From Pseudomonas aeruginosa PAO1 (GTDB taxonomy: Bacteria; Pseudomonadota; Gammaproteobacteria; Pseudomonadales; Pseudomonadaceae): a stretch of 64,000 nt of DNA. The stretch lies in assembly GCF_000006765.1 (NCBI RefSeq), contig NC_002516.2; one strand, given 5' to 3'. The position numbers and the translations under genes were made by a program. Below, piece by piece: positions 60,083-64,000 of the stretch (position 1 is its first letter; every line of letters begins with the position of its first letter). The notes under the pieces were generated by a model, which ran no database searches, was not told where the DNA came from, and saw nothing but the letters and a program-made list of their open reading frames with translations.

Positions 60083-61167
60083 GCGGCACCTCCGAGCGCC
60101 AGGCGCGGAGGTGTCGGCGGGACGTCGGCGGGCGCCAGGCTGGAATACGGCGTGGACATGATGGTGAGGATCCGTCGCGGCCCGCGGAACGGCTCGCGGC
60201 CGTGCTGGGCGAGCATGTTGTCGAGGATCAGCACGTCGCCCACGCGCCAGTCGAAGCGCCGCGTCTCGCGGTCTATGGCGCTGCGGATGGTCGCCAGGGT
60301 CTGCGCCTCGATCGGGCTGCCATCGCCGTAGTAGGTCTGGTACGGCAGGTCTTCCTCGGCGACGCTGCGCAGCAGCGCATCGCGCAGGCCCGGCTCGAGA
60401 CTGGTGGCATGGAAGAACATGCCGTGGTTGAACCACAGGCGCTCGCCGGTATACGGGTGGCGTTGGAACGCCGCGCGCCTCTGCCAGGTGCGCAGGTGCT
60501 CGTCGCCGATCCAGGCATGGGCGATCCGGTGCTCAGCGCAGAACGCCTCGACCTCGGCGCGGCTGTCGGTCTGGAACGCTTCGCGCCAGGACAGGCCGAG
60601 GCCGGCGCGGTAGTTGCGCACGTAGAGGATGCCCAGGCGCCCGAAGCGTTCCAGCAATTCGTCCGGCAGGTGGCGGAGCACCAGCCGGTTGGCCGCCACC
60701 GGAGTGGCGCCGCCCTCGAGCGGCGCGACCTGGCAATGGAACATGATGTACAGCGGCCAGTCGGCGGTATAGGACTGCTCGTTATGCAGGAAGATCGGCT
60801 GGTCCACCGGATGCTCGGTGGAGGTGTAGACCTCGCCGCTGACCTGGCTACGCGGCGAGGAACGCTCCTTGTAGTCGAGCAGTTGCGGGGCGAAGGCAGC
60901 GGCGGCTGCGCGGAAGCGCTCCGCCGAGTCGACCTCGAAGCCTCTCAGCAACAGGCCGCCAGCCAGGTTCAGGTCGTCGTGCAGGGACTGGCCCTGCTCG
61001 CGAATCCAGTCGGCCAGGGACAGGCCGGGAGCCTGTGCCTCGATCAGCAGCGGCAGGCCGTCGCGCTCCGCCGCCGGGCGCCGCACCAGCGCCTCGCTGC
61101 TGCGCGGGCTGAGATTGCGCGGCCGGGCGAAGCCGCGACCGGTGAGACTGGGAGCTGTTCGTTCCAT
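60079..61167 (-). CDS. ambC: Fe(II)/2-OG oxygenase AmbC
   Basis: LHNEQSY and DNMLAQHGREP; 362 aa. Confidence 0.92.
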   Translation of the reverse strand: MERTAPSLTGRGFARPRNLSPRSSEALVRRPAAERDGLPLLIEAQAPGLSLADWIREQGQSLHDDLNLAGGLLLRGFEVDSAERFRAAAAAFAPQLLDYKERSSPRSQVSGEVYTSTEHPVDQPIFLHNEQSYTADWPLYIMFHCQVAPLEGGATPVAANRLVLRHLPDELLERFGRLGILYVRNYRAGLGLSWREAFQTDSRAEVEAFCAEHRIAHAWIGDEHLRTWQRRAAFQRHPYTGERLWFNHGMFFHATSLEPGLRDALLRSVAEEDLPYQTYYGDGSPIEAQTLATIRSAIDRETRRFDWRVGDVLILDNMLAQHGREPFRGPRRILTIMSTPYSSLAPADVPPTPPRLALGGAA

Positions 61168-61196
61168 CGCTGTTCTCCGTGGGAGGCTCGGGGTCG

Positions 61197-64000
61197 TCAG
61201 GAAGCGTTGCAGCCCTCCGGCGACATGCGTTTCGAGATAGGTTCGCCGGCATTCGCCAGCAGGCGCCGCTCCCAGGCCTGGTGCAGGCGCTCGATGCGGT
61301 GCAGGTCGAAGATCGCGCTGACCCCGGTCCAGACGGCCAGCCAACCCTGCGGCTGGTCTTCCAGCCACAGCGTCAGGTCCAGGCGCGCGCCAGGCACCGG
61401 GATGAAGTCGGCTTCGACGCGCACCCCGGCATCCACCGCCGGGGCCGCCCGACCGTTGTGCGCGCCGCAGGCGATGCGGATCGGCAGGCCGCTGGCGCCG
61501 CGCTGGCGCAGGGCCTGGGTCACGCATTCGAGGGGCACGTCCTGGTGTTCGAGCAGTTCCAGCAGATCATGGCCGACCTGGCGCAGGCGCCACTCCACGG
61601 ACTGCTCCGGACGCAGGCCGACCGCCAGCGGCAGGAGGTTGACGAAGCAGCCGACCAGCCCCTGCATTTCCAGGCGCGAACGCCCGGCCAGGGCCACGCC
61701 GACGAGCAGGTCGTCGACGCCCAGTTCGGCGCCGAGCACTTCGGCGAAGGCCTGTAGCGCAGCACTGAACGGGCTTACCGAGGTGCGTTCGGCCAGCGCC
61801 CGGCAGGCGGCATGGACGGCGGCGGAAACCGGCAGGGCGAGGCGTTGGCCGGCGCGCCCGCCGCTCTCCTCCGGGCGCGCCGGCGCGGCGCCGGGAGCCT
61901 TCGCCAGCGGCAACAAACGCTCAGCCCAGCGCTCGGCGACACGGTCCAGGCGTCCCGAGGCCAACGCCGCGCGCTCGCGGGCGGCAACCTGTTCCGGCGT
62001 GCTGGCGAGCACGCCCAGGCGACCGCCATCGAGCAGCGTCTTCAGTTCCGCGGCAAAGACCGCCAGCGACACATCGTCGAAGGCGTAGTGATGGACGCTG
62101 AGCAGGAGGTCGGCGCGCGCGCTGTCGCGGGTGACGACCAGCAGCAGGCGTGCCGGCGCCTCGTGGGCGAGGTCGAAGACTCGCGCGCCCTCACGGCGCA
62201 CGCCATCCTCCAGCAACCGCTCGGCGTGGACGGCGTCGCTCGCCAGCAGGCGTTGCAGGGGCACCGCATGCGCCGCCAGCGCATGCGGCTGCGGCCCGTC
62301 GACGCCCGTTTCGACACGCCGGCGCAGCGCCACATGCCGTTCCAGCAACTGGCGCAAGGCCTGTTCGATGGCGTCGGCCGTGGCGCCGACTATGCGCAGG
62401 TGGGCCAGCAGGTTGTAGGAGGTGTCCTCCGGCGCCAGTTGCTGGGCCACCCACAGGCGCCGTTCGGCGAGGCTCAGCCCGGCGGCGCCGGCGCTCGGCT
62501 CCGGCTCGTCGCCCTCGGGCGCGGCCTGGCGCAGCAGTTCCAGCAGGGCCTCGGGGGTCGCCGGGCCACCGGCGAACGCCTGCAACGGTACGCGTCGGGA
62601 CAGTCGCTGGCGCAGCGTCGCGAGCAGGTGCACCGCCCGCAGGGAATCGCCGCCGGCGGCGTAGAAGCCCTGTCCGGCGCGCGGCGGCGCACCAAGCTGC
62701 GCCTGCCAGGCCTGGTGTAGCGCCTGCTCCAGCGGATCGCTGGGCAGCGCCTGCGGCTCGGCGCCGGTCGCCTGGGGACGCGGCAGGGCCTTGCGGTCGA
62801 TCTTGCCGTTGAGCGTCTTGGGCAGCTCCGCCAGGACCACGAACGCCGACGGCAACATGTAGTGCGGCAGACTTTGCCCAAGGTGCTCGTTCAGCGCCTG
62901 GAGCGGCGGGGCGAACGGCGCCGCCAGGTAGCCGACCAGCCGACGCAGGCCGGCGCTGTCCTCGGTGAGCATGGCGCAGGCTTCGCTCACCCCGGGAAAA
63001 CTCGCCAGGCACGAGGCGATCTCACCCAGCTCGATGCGGAAGCCGTTGAACTTGACCTGGTCGTCGAGCCGGCCGAGGTGTTCCAGCACGCCGTCCTCGC
63101 GCATGCGTACGCGGTCGCCGGTGCGATAGCGGCGCTCGCCGCTGCCCGGATCGACGCGGAAACGCTCGGCGGTCTGCTCCGGCTTGCCGAAATAGCCACG
63201 CGCCAGGCCGATGCCGCCGAGGTACAGCTCCCCGGCCACGCCCAGCGGCAGCGGCGCCTCGAAGCCGTCGAGCACCTCCACCGTGGTGCCGGGCAGCGGT
63301 CGGCCGATGGGCGGCTCGTCGAGCGCTTCGGCGTGCAGGTCCAGTTCGTGCACCGTCGAATAGGTGGTGTCCTCGGTCGGCCCGTAGAGATTGACCAGGC
63401 GCCGTACCTGGGGTTGGCCACGAATCTGTCGCACCAGGTGGCCGCGCAGCGGTTCGCCGGCCAGGTTCAGCGTGCGCACCCCGCCCGGCAGGTCGCCGAG
63501 GGCGAGCAGCGCGGCGCACACCGAGGGCACGGTATTGAGCAGGCTGATCTCGTCGCGGCGCGGGTAGTCCGGCAGGCTGAACAGGTTTTCCACCAGGTGC
63601 AGCGTGCCGCCTTCGGCCAGGGTGCCGAACAGCTCGTAGACCGACAGGTCGAAGCACACCGAGGTCGCCGCCAGTACCCCGCTCCATTCTTCGGCGGCAT
63701 AGTGCTGGCCGGCCCAGCGCAGGAAGGCATGGGCGCTGCCGTGCTCGATGGCGACGCCCTTGGGGCGTCCGGTGGATCCGGAGGTATAGATGATGTAGGC
63801 GAGGTGGTCGGCGCCGACCTCGCTCGCGGGCAGCGCCAGGTCGTTCGCCTGGTCGCCGCCCTCCTCCAGCGTCAGGCATGGCCGGCCCAGCGCGGCGACC
63901 CGCTCGCGGGTGCTCGCGTCGACCAGCACCAGCAGGCAGTCGGCGTCGTCGAGCATGTAGGCCACCCGCTCCTCCGGATAGGCCGGGTCCAGCGGGACGT
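61197..64000 (-). CDS. ambB: NRPS AmbB (A-T-C), 5'-truncated by window edge
   Basis: YTSGSTGRPKG, YGPTE, GGDS and HHYAFDD; upstream of ambC. Confidence 0.92.
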   Translation of the reverse strand, partial: VPLDPAYPEERVAYMLDDADCLLVLVDASTRERVAALGRPCLTLEEGGDQANDLALPASEVGADHLAYIIYTSGSTGRPKGVAIEHGSAHAFLRWAGQHYAAEEWSGVLAATSVCFDLSVYELFGTLAEGGTLHLVENLFSLPDYPRRDEISLLNTVPSVCAALLALGDLPGGVRTLNLAGEPLRGHLVRQIRGQPQVRRLVNLYGPTEDTTYSTVHELDLHAEALDEPPIGRPLPGTTVEVLDGFEAPLPLGVAGELYLGGIGLARGYFGKPEQTAERFRVDPGSGERRYRTGDRVRMREDGVLEHLGRLDDQVKFNGFRIELGEIASCLASFPGVSEACAMLTEDSAGLRRLVGYLAAPFAPPLQALNEHLGQSLPHYMLPSAFVVLAELPKTLNGKIDRKALPRPQATGAEPQALPSDPLEQALHQAWQAQLGAPPRAGQGFYAAGGDSLRAVHLLATLRQRLSRRVPLQAFAGGPATPEALLELLRQAAPEGDEPEPSAGAAGLSLAERRLWVAQQLAPEDTSYNLLAHLRIVGATADAIEQALRQLLERHVALRRRVETGVDGPQPHALAAHAVPLQRLLASDAVHAERLLEDGVRREGARVFDLAHEAPARLLLVVTRDSARADLLLSVHHYAFDDVSLAVFAAELKTLLDGGRLGVLASTPEQVAARERAALASGRLDRVAERWAERLLPLAKAPGAAPARPEESGGRAGQRLALPVSAAVHAACRALAERTSVSPFSAALQAFAEVLGAELGVDDLLVGVALAGRSRLEMQGLVGCFVNLLPLAVGLRPEQSVEWRLRQVGHDLLELLEHQDVPLECVTQALRQRGASGLPIRIACGAHNGRAAPAVDAGVRVEADFIPVPGARLDLTLWLEDQPQGWLAVWTGVSAIFDLHRIERLHQAWERRLLANAGEPISKRMSPEGCNAS

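Overview
GC-rich chromosomal window of Pseudomonas aeruginosa. Gene order and protein motifs match, from my recollection, the PAO1 interval of about PA2252-PA2305. I found no IS, integrase, phage gene, tRNA, rRNA or CRISPR array, and no obvious frameshifted gene. Known systems: ansA; pvcABCD (isonitrile/paerucumarin); ptxR-ptxS; kguEKTD and the gluconate dehydrogenase trio; pbpC; soxR and its target; arsRBCH; gcd with an OprB-type porin; chiC; and ambB(partial)CDE (AMB toxin NRPS). Two poorly characterised operons are the best candidates for an undescribed system. (1) 30.6-36.0 kb: a translationally coupled six-gene operon with a secreted protein, two paralogous M48 membrane Zn-proteases and three mutually paralogous two-TM proteins, opposite an AraC regulator. 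(2) 43.0-50.3 kb: an AprAB-like flavoprotein/ferredoxin pair with a sulfonate-type ABC importer whose binding protein carries a NosL-like domain, HEAT-repeat and DUF971-like proteins, and a GntR regulator with a visible operator. Smaller observations: a diverged copy of the ptxR 3' end between two REP doublets, a YbaK-like deacylase directly behind ambE, a candidate PQQ receptor behind gcd with a structured leader, and several readable operators. Start codons were picked by eye, family assignments come from motifs, and no database search was run.
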